Of a stretch of 64,000 bases of DNA, positions 10,385 through 20,057 are shown piece after piece; the first letter of the stretch is position 1, and each line of letters starts with the position of its first letter. The notes under the pieces were generated by a model that saw only the letters and a program-made list of their open reading frames with translations, searched no databases and was not told the DNA's origin. Origin of the DNA: Nitrospirota bacterium (GTDB lineage: Bacteria > Nitrospirota > JACRHJ01). Position numbers and translations under genes: made by a program. The DNA lies in assembly GCA_963733375.1 (NCBI GenBank), contig CAVTDB010000013.1, positions 1-64,000 of the forward strand, in the 5' to 3' direction.

Positions 10385-11014
10385 TAAACCCTCCTGCTAC
10401 TATCAGCCCTGTTTATATCATCCGCACTGGTTACTCTAACCGTTACTTTATCCTACGTTCTGCTTAATTTCAACAAAAAAATGAAGTAGAAATGCTATTT
10501 CAGGAAGACGCAGACTAACACCATAATTAAAAAGTTCTATTTATCAATGATATACTAAAAAAATACCCCCTGAATAAAGAATATTTTTTGCCTTTATACT
10601 TAACTTTTCACCGCATATAGCGTGGTATGACTTAAAAAACAAGTCTGGCATGATGAACGACCGATGCTTTTAATAACCCTTCCTGCTCCGCGCGCCAACC
10701 TGTCATTTCTTGACGCTATTCACATATAAATGGCTTATTCGTCGAATTTTGATCCGGTATCATTTTCGCGCCATTTTGGCGGTCATCAGGGGGCTATTTG
10801 GGGGGTCTAGGGAGGGGTTTACGGAGGCTATGCGTTTTTAAATGGGCAGTGGCGGATTTTTCTATTATTATACAGATACTTAGGCCATAAAATCGACCAA
10901 TTTTGCGCCTTCACAAAAACTGCGGTTTGGGTTTTAGAAGTATCTGAAAATTAAGGATATTTTTTTGAGGAATCTCTGGATTCGCGAACCGGAGAGGAAA
11001 TATACCCTTTTTAT

Positions 11015-11729
11015 TTATTTAAAGATTGCCGCGATCCTTTTTTGAATCGCCTCCGCCGCGGCTTTCCTGTCCGGCGCATTTTTTATGGGCCTGCCGACGA
11101 CGATATAGTCCGCGCCGTTCTCGAAGGCCTCCTCTATATCCACCGTCCTTTTCTGGTCGTCGATATTCTTCACCGGGCGTATCCCCGGCGTGATAATATC
11201 AACTCATCGCCCACGTTTTCCCTTAAGGCCGGCGACTTCCAGGCCCGACGAGATTACTCCGTCGCAGCCGATTGCCAGCGCCCGCTTCGCCCTTGAAACC
11301 ACTACGGATTTCACGTCCGCCTTGAAGCCCAGGTCGTCTATGTCGTGTTGGTCGAGGCTGGTCAGCATGGTCACGGCGAGGATTTTCACGTCGTGCTTCT
11401 CCTCCACCGCCGCCTTTAAAATATTGTCGTTCCCGATGCACGGTGGCAAACGATATTCCCCTGCCTTTTAGCTGCTTGACGGCCGAGCGGACGGTTTCCG
11501 GGACGTCGAAGAATTTTAAATCCACGAAGATTTTCTTATCCCTCGCCCGCATCCAATCTATAAGCTCGTAATACCCGCCCGCCATGAATAATTCAAGACC
11601 CAGCTTGTAGAATTTGACTGAATTTCCCAGCTCTTCCACAAGCTTATGGGCATCTTCGACAGTCGGGACATCGAGGGCAAAGATTAGGCGCTCTTCCGGC
11701 GGAATATTTTTTTTGGACAGGTGGGCCAA
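11015..11729 (-). CDS. pyrF: Orotidine-5'-phosphate decarboxylase (frameshifted)
   Basis: [64 protein letters not shown]. Confidence 0.95.
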
Positions 11730-11839
11730 TTTTCCTCCAATCAGATTATCGGCCCTTTATAAGACATTAACGGAGATTAGTTGTCAAGAAATTTATGCCG
11801 GTCCGCGCGCTTTCGCGGCCTCCGTCCGGCCACTCCAAA

Positions 11840-13294
11840 TTATCCCTCCTGCTGTATCGTGACGTAAAATGGCCGGCCGTCCCTGATGACATCCACCAGG
11901 ATATTCCTTCCACGGCGCATCTTGGAGTATTCGCGGTAGAAATCGGAAACGGTATTGACCTCTACCCCTTCAATCTTGCGCACCACGTCTCCGAAACGAA
12001 GCCCTCCTTCAAATGCCGGACAGCCGGGGACGACTTTGAGCACAAGCAGACCCTTATTCTCCTTAAGCCCAAGTCTTGCCGCAATCTGCTCGGGTATCTG
12101 CTGAAGGGTTATCCCGCATTGCATAGCCACGCGCTCGGCCGCAAGCGAATGCGCCTCCAGTTCGCCTAACATTACCGGCAGGTGTAGCCTCCTGCCGTCC
12201 CGCAGAACAAGCAGGTCCACCTTTTGCCCGGCTTTCGAGCTGTAAATTTTTTCCTGGAACGAGCGGTCGTCATTTACCGGCTGGCCGTTAAACTCCAGCA
12301 CCACGTCCCTGGCCTGTATGCCCGCCGCCTGGGCCGGGCTTCCGTCAAGGACGTCCGAGACAAGCGAACCCGTGACTTCCTTCAACCCAAGCCTGTCCGC
12401 AAGCCCCTCGGTCAGGTCCTGCCCGATAAGCCCCAGAAATCCGCGGGATATCTTGCCGTTCTTTATAAGCTGGGTCATCACCTCTTTTGCCCTGTTGATG
12501 GGGATGGCGAAACCTATCATCGTGCCGGGGCCCAGGTATGCGTTGTTTATCCCGATTACCTGGCCCTGGTAGTTGACCATCGGGCCGCCGGAGTTGCCGG
12601 GTTCGATGTTCAAGTCGGCCTGGATGAAATCAAAAAAGCCTATGTAGTTGGGGCCCGGAGGGCCGAATCCGGAGATTATCCCCGCCGAGGAGAAAAATTC
12701 CAGTCCGAGGGGGTTCCCCAGCGCTACGACCCACTGACCCATCTTCAGCCGCGAGGAATCCCCCATCTCGACCGGGATGACATTGAAGTCAGGCTTTATC
12801 TTTATCACGGCGACGTCCGAGAGCGGGTCCGCCCCGACTACCTCCGCCTTGAATCTGCGCTTGTCTTTCGTCTCCACGCGAAGGACCTGGGCGCCCTCTA
12901 TCACGTGGTAGTTCGTCAGGATAAGGCCGCTCTTGTCCACGAAGAAGCCGGTCCCTTCCCTGGTCTGGGCTATCTCTATCTCGCCCTTGCCGTGGCCCAT
13001 CTGGCCGCCGCCGCCCATTTCACCGCCGCCACTGCCGCCACCCATTCGCCGGCGCCGCCCCGGTTGCTGTTGCCCTCCATGCCTATAAAGTCCGGATGCC
13101 CCGCCAGGCCCTCGTTCTCGACCTTGACGAGCGAAGGCATCACCTTCTCTATAACGCCGGAGAAGTCCGGCAGCGCCCCCTTTTCAGCGGTGTATGCGCA
13201 ACTGGGGCCGCTGTCTCTCTGGAAAAAGGCAAACGATATTACCGCCACGGCGGCGACGAGCGCACGCTATGAATAATGCAGGTCTTTTATTCAT
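11840..13294 (-). CDS. htrA: DegP/DegQ (HtrA) serine protease with two PDZ domains (frameshifted N-terminus)
   Basis: GTGF, ILTNYHVI, DVAVIK, ALGNPLGL, PGNSGGPM; PDZ motifs SPAQAAGI..DV and PAFEGGL..GDV. Confidence 0.9.
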
Positions 13295-13343
13295 TTAATC
13301 ACCTTTAGGTTCGCCCGATAAAACCGGGCATCTGCCATTTGCG

Positions 13344-13883
13344 TCAGGCAATCTTCCGCTTCCCGGTTTCCAGTCTGGACAGCTCCCGCATCACGCTCAC
13401 GACTTCCCTCATAAATGCGGGCAGGTCGTCCGGCTTGCGGGAGGATATGAGGTTGCCGTCCAGGACTACCTCCGTATCGTGATATCTTCCGCCCGCGGCG
13501 ATTATGTCGTCCTTTATCCCCTGCCAGCACGTGGCGCTCTTTCCGGCCATCTCCCCGGCGGATATGAGCACCTGCGGCCCGTGGCAGATACTGGCCACGT
13601 ACTTGTCGTCGGCGAAGAAGCTTTTCACTATCCTGAGCGCGTCTTTATTTAGCCGCACCTCTTCGGGCGCCTTGCCGCCCGGGATGACCAGCAGGTCGTA
13701 TTCGGCCGGGTTCACTTCCTGGAAGGTCTTGTCCACTGTGACCGAATAGCCGTGCTTTCCCGTTATCTGCCCCATCCTGGCCGCCGCCACGTCTACCGTC
13801 CAGCCTTCTTCCTTTATCCTGTAATACGGGTAGAGGAGCTCCGAGTCCTCGAAGTTGTCCGCGCTGATGATTATCGCCTTCAT
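13344..13883 (-). CDS. pfpI: PfpI/DJ-1 family type 1 glutamine amidotransferase-like protein
   Basis: FEDSELLYP, YDLLVIPGG, ASICHGPQVL, ISSRKPDDLPAF; GGAGG RBS. Confidence 0.92.
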   Translation of the reverse strand: MKAIIISADNFEDSELLYPYYRIKEEGWTVDVAAARMGQITGKHGYSVTVDKTFQEVNPAEYDLLVIPGGKAPEEVRLNKDALRIVKSFFADDKYVASICHGPQVLISAGEMAGKSATCWQGIKDDIIAAGGRYHDTEVVLDGNLISSRKPDDLPAFMREVVSVMRELSRLETGKRKIA

Positions 13884-13901
13884 ATCGCACCTCCAAAAAC
13901 C

Positions 13902-14002
13902 GTTACTTTCTTTTCGAGTGAAAAGAAAAGTAACCAAAAGAAAAGCTGAACTGTCCGGCTTTTCTTTGGTTACTTTTCTTTTCTCCTGAAAGAGAAAGTA
14001 AC
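13902..14002. repeat. Double-hairpin intergenic repeat family R1, copy 1 (H1+H1rc)
   Basis: GTTACTTTCTTTTC..GAAAAGAAAAGTAAC CAAAAGAAAAGC-spacer-GCTTTTCTTTG GTTACTTTTCTTTC..GAAAGAGAAAGTAAC. Confidence 0.92.
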
Positions 14003-14076
14003 AGATTATAGATTATTATACCACCGGATGGGACTTCTTGACAAAGCGGCTCCGCGCGTGCTAAACATAATCGGAT

Positions 14077-15462
14077 ATGGATATTTCTACCTTAAAGCCG
14101 CTCTTAACCGAGCTTGTCTCCGGGATGGAGAAGACCGTGCCGTACGCCTGCGCCCTGGCCATGGAGACCCTGGGCGAGCGTGTGGTGGTGATGACGAAAG
14201 AGTCCCGCGTGGAGCCGCTCGACCCTTCACGGGGCGCCGTGCTGACCGTCTTCACGGGAAGCGAGTTCCTTGAGCACTCCACTTCCGATCTGACCCCCGA
14301 CGGGCTTAAAAAAGCGGCCAGGGCGCTGACAAAGGCCGCCGAATTCGCGGGGATAGGCGGGGATATCAAGATAGACCCGGGAGAGAAGCTGGAGAAGGAT
14401 TTTAATATCAAAGAGGAAATCCCGAACGCCTCCGTACCCTTGCGGGACAAGGTCTCAAGGTGCGCCGAATACCGGGAAAAGCTTCAGGGGATGGACCCTC
14501 GCATAGTGAACGCGGTCTCCGTCTATGCCTATACCAGGAACCGCGAACTGTACGTGAACCGGAACAAGACCCTGTTCCAGGATGTAAAACGGGGGCAGGC
14601 GGTGATACAGGCGGTGATGCGCGACGGCGACAATACTGCCCAGCTCCATGAGGGTGACTCCTGGCAGGGCGGGTACGAGAACTCGGTCATCCCGAAGGCG
14701 AAGTTCGAAGCGCTGGTCCGGGACTCAGGGCGCATCCTGAAGGCCCCCAGGCTTACACCCGGCGTCTACGACTGCATATTCTCACCGGAGTTCGCGGGCA
14801 TAACGGCGCACGAGTGCTTCGGGCACGGCACCGAAACGGACATGTTCCTAAAAGGCCGATCCCGCGCCCAAGAGTTTCTAAATAAGCCCGTGGGTTCGCC
14901 GCTTGTCAATATGTTCGACTCCCCCGCGGAGCAGGGCGCGGCGGCAAGCTTCTTCTTCGACCACGAGGGGGAGCTTGCTTCCCGGACGCAGATTATAAAG
15001 GACGGAGTTTTAGTCTCCGGCATTACGGACCTTAACTCCGCCACGCGGCTTGGCGTAAAAAGAACGGCCAATGGCCGTCGCGAGTCCTACGAGAGGAAGG
15101 CCTACGCCCGGATGACCAACACGTTCTTCGGCCCAGGCGTTGATAAGTTCGAGGAAATGATCGGCAGCATAGATTCCGGGTATTACCTCACCCACCCGAG
15201 TAACGGCATGGAAGACCCGAAAGGCTGGGGCATCCAGCTTGAGGGCTATCTCGCGGAAGAGATACGGGGCGGCAAGCTGACGGGCAACGTCTTTACCCCG
15301 GTTATCGTCACGGGTTATCTCCCGGATATGCTGAATTCCATCAGCATGGTCGGCGATAAGTCTACACTATTCGGCCTCGGCTACTGCGGCAAGGGTCACA
15401 AGGAATGGGTGAAAGTGACCGACGGCGGCCCGTATTTAAAGCTCAAGGCGCGCCTGGCATAA
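14077..15462 (+). CDS. tldD: TldD-family metalloprotease
   Basis: HECFGHGTE (HExxGH), FFDHEG, TANGRRESY...ARMTNTFF, CGKG...VTDGGP. Confidence 0.88.
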   Translation: MDISTLKPLLTELVSGMEKTVPYACALAMETLGERVVVMTKESRVEPLDPSRGAVLTVFTGSEFLEHSTSDLTPDGLKKAARALTKAAEFAGIGGDIKIDPGEKLEKDFNIKEEIPNASVPLRDKVSRCAEYREKLQGMDPRIVNAVSVYAYTRNRELYVNRNKTLFQDVKRGQAVIQAVMRDGDNTAQLHEGDSWQGGYENSVIPKAKFEALVRDSGRILKAPRLTPGVYDCIFSPEFAGITAHECFGHGTETDMFLKGRSRAQEFLNKPVGSPLVNMFDSPAEQGAAASFFFDHEGELASRTQIIKDGVLVSGITDLNSATRLGVKRTANGRRESYERKAYARMTNTFFGPGVDKFEEMIGSIDSGYYLTHPSNGMEDPKGWGIQLEGYLAEEIRGGKLTGNVFTPVIVTGYLPDMLNSISMVGDKSTLFGLGYCGKGHKEWVKVTDGGPYLKLKARLA

Positions 15463-15497
15463 GTTCCTGAAGTGCCAAACTTTGGAGATGGCCGTTC

Positions 15498-16235
15498 TTA
15501 GCGACCTGAAGAGTCCGCCGCTTCGCCGCGGTAGCCGTATTTCCCGTTCTTTATGAGGCATCTCATCCTGCCCCGGAAGTTCCTGATCGATATCAGCGAG
15601 GAGATATGCAGGAGCTGGGTGGCGCGGTAAGGCCTGCTCACTACCTCCACCCTGCCCTCCTTTATGGCCGCGATTATCGCCTCCGGGTCTTTATCCTCCG
15701 CCTTCACTATCGAATAGGTCCGGCCCATCTGCCGGGTGACGTGCGCGTCCGAGTTGCCTATCAGGGGTTTTTGCAGGTCCAGGGCGCGGGAGACCGCCCA
15801 GTTGTTGAAGTTTAAATTCTTTACGTAATAATGGCAGTATTCCACGGCATCGAACACGTCCGGGTGCCTGTCCAGTAGCCTGCCGGATGCGGTAGGCATG
15901 GGGAAGTACGGGTGCGCGGCGATAACCAGGTTGTTATCCCGTTTCGCTTTTGCGATATCGCTTAAGGAGCGGTAGTCGCCCAGCTCGCCCCGGAAGTTTA
16001 TCAGCAGGATGTGCTTTCCCCTGACGGTGCGCTCGACCCCCCTGACAAGGATGACGCCTTTTTCCTTCGCGTAGTCCCGGAGCCTCTCCGACCAGGTGAA
16101 CCGGTTGTGGTTTGTAATGGCGATGGCGCCGAAGCCCCTGGCCGCCATCAAGTCGATTGTTTTGTATGCGTCGTGTGAAAGAAAGTCGTGCGGGTCTTCC
16201 TTGGTATGCAGGTGAAAGTCTATTTTAATGTCCAT
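15498..16235 (-). CDS. PHP-domain phosphoesterase
   Basis: IDFHLHT, AIAITNHN, GVE..GKHIL, AAHPY, GNSDAH. Confidence 0.88.
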   Translation of the reverse strand: MDIKIDFHLHTKEDPHDFLSHDAYKTIDLMAARGFGAIAITNHNRFTWSERLRDYAKEKGVILVRGVERTVRGKHILLINFRGELGDYRSLSDIAKAKRDNNLVIAAHPYFPMPTASGRLLDRHPDVFDAVEYCHYYVKNLNFNNWAVSRALDLQKPLIGNSDAHVTRQMGRTYSIVKAEDKDPEAIIAAIKEGRVEVVSRPYRATQLLHISSLISIRNFRGRMRCLIKNGKYGYRGEAADSSGR

Positions 16236-16353
16236 CAATTTAACCCTTCTCTTGCCTCGGGCAGCAATGATAGCTGGAAGCGGCGGCGGCAAGAAAATAA
16301 TAATTAATTTTATTTAACCGCTATCCCGTTGATTTTACTATAAAACTTAGGAC

Positions 16354-16382
16354 TTGACCAAAACACGAAAAAACACTATACT
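16354..16382 (+). promoter_or_regulatory. Putative sigma70 promoter
   Basis: TTGACC-N17-TATACT. Confidence 0.55.
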
Positions 16383-16671
16383 TGTGAAACGTTTTTGGGC
16401 AGTTCCTGGTCTTTGAAAGATACTCTGTCAATTATACTCCCTTAAAACCCCGGAATCAATATCCGGGCGTCCCATTTTATCAAATTTAAAAAGCACCACG
16501 CAATACCCGGCCAAAAGTTTTTGACCTTGCGGGCCTTGTTGTTTTTCAAGCCGGACAGTTTAAAAGTTTTTGGGCCGTACCGCCCCGCGCTAAGCTCCGA
16601 CACTACCGGAGCCAAGCGGTGGGGGCCCCACTTTACAAAAAGGCGGGACTTTAAAAAGAAAGGAGTCAACG

Positions 16672-17187
16672 ATGAAGTTTATCGTTTTTTTAATTTCGGT
16701 TTTGATTACGGCTTCCCTTGCCGCTCCCGCGCATGCGCAAGGCAGGTTCACAAGTCTTCTGGACGCGACGGATAAGGACTATCAGACGATAAAGACGGAA
16801 ATGCAGGACGTCCGTAACGGTTCTTCTCCCGGGATGGACCAGCGGGAGCTTAAAGCGGCGGCAAACAGGATTATGGCAAGGCGTGACGCTATCGCGAAAA
16901 TGAGGAAGGTAGGTCTTAAAGTGCTGGGCAGGGACCAGAGGGGGCTTTTCAGGCTCCTGATCCGGAACCTGGACCAGATAAACCTCTCGCTTCTCGCGAT
17001 GATAGGGGATGAAAAGGGATATAAAGCATCCGTCAACAGCGCGGGCGGCAGCCCGGCGGGGATGGAAAGCTGGCAGGCAGGCATCGGGATGATGATAGAT
17101 GAGACCAGGAGGTGCCTGTACATGGCCGGCAAGGTATCCGGTCCGTTCATCATGCAGGCGCGTCTCGCCCCGCTTCAGGCGCATTGA
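16672..17187 (+). CDS. Secreted helical hypothetical protein
   Basis: AAGGAG RBS; signal peptide MKFIVFLISVLITASLAAPAHA. Confidence 0.7.
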   Translation: MKFIVFLISVLITASLAAPAHAQGRFTSLLDATDKDYQTIKTEMQDVRNGSSPGMDQRELKAAANRIMARRDAIAKMRKVGLKVLGRDQRGLFRLLIRNLDQINLSLLAMIGDEKGYKASVNSAGGSPAGMESWQAGIGMMIDETRRCLYMAGKVSGPFIMQARLAPLQAH

Positions 17188-17513
17188 TAAAGTAGCGCGG
17201 CTCCGAGATCCTCTCGGACTTGCAGACAGGACAGCGGCCGGGCCTTCCCGGCCGTTTTCTTTTTGCAAAAGATAAACCCGCAGGAGTGACACTCCGACGG
17301 GATAATTTCAAACCTTCCGTGACCCTTCGCGCCACTTGCCCCTTTCGCCCCCCCAGCGCCGCCTGCCCCCTTTGCACCGCCTGCCGCCGCGATGTGGCGG
17401 AGGTGGTCCAGGACCTCCTTCTCGGAAAGCCTTACCTCCTGGGAAATCTCACGCACCGTCCTTGGCCCCTGACTGATAAATTCCCGTATCCTCTGTCGGA
17501 GCGTCTCTGGCAT
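17175..17513 (-). CDS. HTH + Zn-ribbon predicted transcription regulator (COG3357-like), C-terminal frameshift
   Basis: TLRQRI...TVREISQEV..SEKEVLDHL.HI; C..CGFIF and PGRCPVCKSERISEPRY in an adjacent frame. Confidence 0.8.
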   Translation of the reverse strand: MPETLRQRIREFISQGPRTVREISQEVRLSEKEVLDHLRHIAAAGGAKGAGGAGGAKGASGAKGHGRFEIIPSECHSCGFIFCKKKTAGKARPLSCLQVREDLGAALLYQCA

Positions 17514-17522
17514 AAATCTACT

Positions 17523-18209
17523 TTATTCGGGCGGGCTTGACGGGGCATTCTGCTCGATAGGCTCTTTTCGCGGGATGACTACTCCCTGTCTCGCAAGCTC
17601 CAGGCGTATCTCCTCGCGCCGCTTCGCCTGCTCCTGCGGCGGGAGGCCCTTCAGCGCCCGAAGCTGGGCGCGTATTTCTTCCTTCTTCTCAGGCGGCAGG
17701 GCATTGAACTTCGCAATTCCGTCCCTGTAAGCCTGTCTCTGCTGGGGGGTCAGTTTCCGCCAGCGCGACATCCGGCTCATTACCTTCGCTCGCTCATCCG
17801 GCGGGAGGTCCTTCACCTGCTTGTATTTATCACGGAGTTCCTGCCTCTTGGCCGGGGGTAGCGAGTTGAAGATGCGATAAGCCCTCTTCAGGCGCTCGCG
17901 CCTCTCCGGAGGCATGGTCTTCCATATCTCGTAATTTTCAAGCAACTCCTGCTGCTCGCTCGGGGAGAGGGATTCCCAGCGGTTCCTGATTGTCTTTTTC
18001 GGCGCCGCCTGCCGGGTTTTGACCGGACGCTTTACGGGCGCGGGGGGTATGCCGGGGGCTGTGGGCGGAGCCTTTTGCAATGCGTTCGGGTTCGGCGGCG
18101 GGGGCGGCTGGATTACGGGACCTTCATTCTCCGCCGACACGATCATCGCCGCAGTCAGCAGTATTCCCGCAAGCGAGACCGCGGTTATTATTTTTTTTAT
18201 ACGCATCAT
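17523..18209 (-). CDS. DUF3106-type periplasmic helical-repeat protein
   Basis: Signal peptide; repeated W..L.PE.R..L...Y..F..LPP units. Confidence 0.8.
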   Translation of the reverse strand: MMRIKKIITAVSLAGILLTAAMIVSAENEGPVIQPPPPPNPNALQKAPPTAPGIPPAPVKRPVKTRQAAPKKTIRNRWESLSPSEQQELLENYEIWKTMPPERRERLKRAYRIFNSLPPAKRQELRDKYKQVKDLPPDERAKVMSRMSRWRKLTPQQRQAYRDGIAKFNALPPEKKEEIRAQLRALKGLPPQEQAKRREEIRLELARQGVVIPRKEPIEQNAPSSPPE

Positions 18210-18249
18210 TACCAGTCGTCCCTTAGTCAAGTCCCCTTATCGGCCCCGG

Positions 18250-18726
18250 TCAGTCCCTTATCGGCCCGATCTCGTCCAGGCCGTTTCGGTCTATCTGCTG
18301 TATCACGTCCAGGTCGCCGATTACGTCCATATTCTCCAGGACCCCCCAGTCTCCCTGGGTGGTCGCCACCTGGACATTCTGCGGCTGAGGCTGGTTCCCC
18401 ATGTCCGGGAGGTAAGTGGCGAAGAATATCGCGGCTATCACCGCGGCGGCGGTCAGATAGAGCGGCAGGAGCTTTCCGATGGCGGCTGGCCTGTGGCGGA
18501 AGAGCCTGCGCATGACGCCCTGGGAAGCGGCATAGACCTCGCCGGAATTCAGTTTTTCGGGCCCCGGAACATTAGAGAGCATATGGGTTAAGCCTTCCAG
18601 CTCTTTCCTGCACGAGTCGCAGGAAAGGACGTGGACGGCGACCTCCGACGCCTGCTCCCTTGAGAGCTCCCCGTAGTGATATAGGACCAGCCTTTCGCTG
18701 AAATTACTGCAAGCCCTGTCATCCAT
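18250..18726 (-). CDS. Zinc-binding (zf-HC2) transmembrane anti-sigma factor
   Basis: C...LVLYHYGEL...HVLSCDSC (HxxxCxxC); one TM helix; overlaps the sigma stop codon. Confidence 0.88.
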   Translation of the reverse strand: MDDRACSNFSERLVLYHYGELSREQASEVAVHVLSCDSCRKELEGLTHMLSNVPGPEKLNSGEVYAASQGVMRRLFRHRPAAIGKLLPLYLTAAAVIAAIFFATYLPDMGNQPQPQNVQVATTQGDWGVLENMDVIGDLDVIQQIDRNGLDEIGPIRD

Positions 18727-19321
18727 GGTAATACCCTTTCATGCTCTTTTTAAGGGCGTCAATAGCCCTGAAAAGATGCGCCTTCACGGCGCCTTCGCTT
18801 ATCTTCAAGGCCACCGCTATCTCCGAGAGCTTCAGGTCTTCCTCGTGCTTCATCAGGAAAACCGCCCTCTGCCTCGGGGGCAGCGACAAAAGCGCTTTTT
18901 TAAGGGCCGCCCGGAGCTCTTTTTGCTCGAGCGGCATGTCCGGCCTCCCCGAACGGGATGTATCCGGCGCCTGCTCCACCGCGTCCAGGCCTTCATCGTC
19001 CTCATCCGGGGCGGCAAAAAAGAAAATCTTTTTAATGAACGTCTTTTTGCGTAAGAAATCCAGGCAGACGTTCGAAAGTATCCTTATAAACCATGTATAA
19101 AACGACGAGCCGCCCTTGAATGAATCAAGGGCCTTGTACGCCTTTATGAACGCGTCCTGGGCAAGGTCCTGGGCGTCGTCGGAGTTTCCGGTCATCTGCC
19201 GGGCAAACGCGAGCGCCCTCGGCATGTACTTCTTTACCAGGGCGCCGAACGCCTCGTGGTCGCCCTTCCTGGAAGCCTCCACCAGCTCCAGCTCGTTAAA
19301 CACCCTGGAACTGGCCGGCAC
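18719..19321 (-). CDS. ECF RNA polymerase sigma factor
   Basis: GD.EAF..LV..Y, DAQDLAQDAFIKAY, SFYTWFIRI..N.CLDFLRK, LPPRQRAVF...EIA..L.ISEGAVKAHLFRA; GTG start with AAGGA RBS. Confidence 0.93.
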   Translation of the reverse strand: MPASSRVFNELELVEASRKGDHEAFGALVKKYMPRALAFARQMTGNSDDAQDLAQDAFIKAYKALDSFKGGSSFYTWFIRILSNVCLDFLRKKTFIKKIFFFAAPDEDDEGLDAVEQAPDTSRSGRPDMPLEQKELRAALKKALLSLPPRQRAVFLMKHEEDLKLSEIAVALKISEGAVKAHLFRAIDALKKSMKGYYHG

Positions 19322-19550
19322 TGTTTCCTTCTTATTTATTGTAAAAACCGGCCCCAAGGCAAATACCGGCCAAAGAAAATCGTGGCCTCTTCCAAAATAT
19401 GCCGGCCCAAAACGTACCGGCCCCTTCAAGAACATATCGGCCCCCTGAATATAATGCTTGGCGGCTGATCCGAGAGCCCTGGATATAGTGCCAGGTCCAA
19501 TATAACGCCAGCCCCAAAAAGATAACGCCCGCTCCCTTTAAGCCCCTTGT

Positions 19551-19579
19551 ATTATACCTTTTTCGGACTTCGGACTCAA
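19551..19579 (-). promoter_or_regulatory. Putative sigma70 promoter for the ECF operon
   Basis: Minus strand TTGAGT-N17-TATAAT. Confidence 0.55.
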
Positions 19580-19605
19580 AGAAAACGTGCACGCAGGGCT
19601 GTTAC

Positions 19606-19636
19606 TTAGACGTATGGGGGATTGAGAAGGTTTACA
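19606..19636 (-). promoter_or_regulatory. ECF-type promoter (probable autoregulation)
   Basis: Minus strand TGTAAACC-N16-CGTCTAA; AAC/CGT pattern typical of ECF promoters; second copy at 20058-20087. Confidence 0.72.
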
Positions 19637-19655
19637 CCGGGAGGGGCGGGCCGGG

Positions 19656-19684
19656 GGCCGGGGCCTTTTTAAAGGGCCCCGGCC
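19656..19684 (-). terminator. GC hairpin downstream of the Lys-rich small gene
   Basis: GGCCGGGGCC...GGCCCCGGCC perfect 10-bp stem; no clear U-tract. Confidence 0.5.
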
Positions 19685-19761
19685 TTAACAACATCAAATC
19701 TGGCCGACCGCGCTTTTCTCGGGGACCGTCACGCGCTGGGAGGGTCCCCCCAAAAAGAGAG

Positions 19762-19990
19762 TTACTTCTTCTCCGTGGAGGACATGTTCTTCATGCCCTT
19801 CTTGGACTTCTTGGCCTTCTTGGCTCTTCTTGGCTTTCTTGGCATGCTTCTTCGCGGGCGCCTTCTCGGCGGGGGCCTTCTCGGTAGAGGCGGCCGGGGC
19901 AGTCGTGTCAGTCGTGGCGGCTTCCGCTGCGAACGCCATCGGGGCGGCCAGGAGCATCACCATTATTGCTGCTGCGAGTATCTTCTTCAT
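19762..19990 (-). CDS. Small secreted Ala/Lys-rich protein (frameshift ~19825)
   Basis: Signal peptide MKKILAAAIMVMLLAAPMAFA; AEKAPAEKAPAKKHAKKAKK..KKAKKSKKGMKNMSSTEKK*. Confidence 0.75.
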
Positions 19991-20057
19991 CTGTTCTTCT
20001 TCCTTTTCCGGCCCGGTGGGCCATTAAAAAATTTTGGGTTTAATCCCAGCGCGACTT

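Noticed and set aside
9623-13276. Long antisense ORFs (e.g. 9623-10387+, 12224-13276+; likewise 26082-27062+, 61242-62234-)
   Set aside because: Shadow frames of recognisable genes, without motifs or RBS.
13884-13937. N-terminal extensions of pfpI (from 13937), the HD protein (from 56946) and the GNAT (from 5260)
   Set aside because: These extensions translate repeat elements; downstream starts fit family lengths better.
19332-19592. 86-aa membrane ORF upstream of the ECF sigma
   Set aside because: It overlaps a good sigma70 promoter and the CCGGCC units and has no RBS; treated as leader sequence, though not fully excluded.
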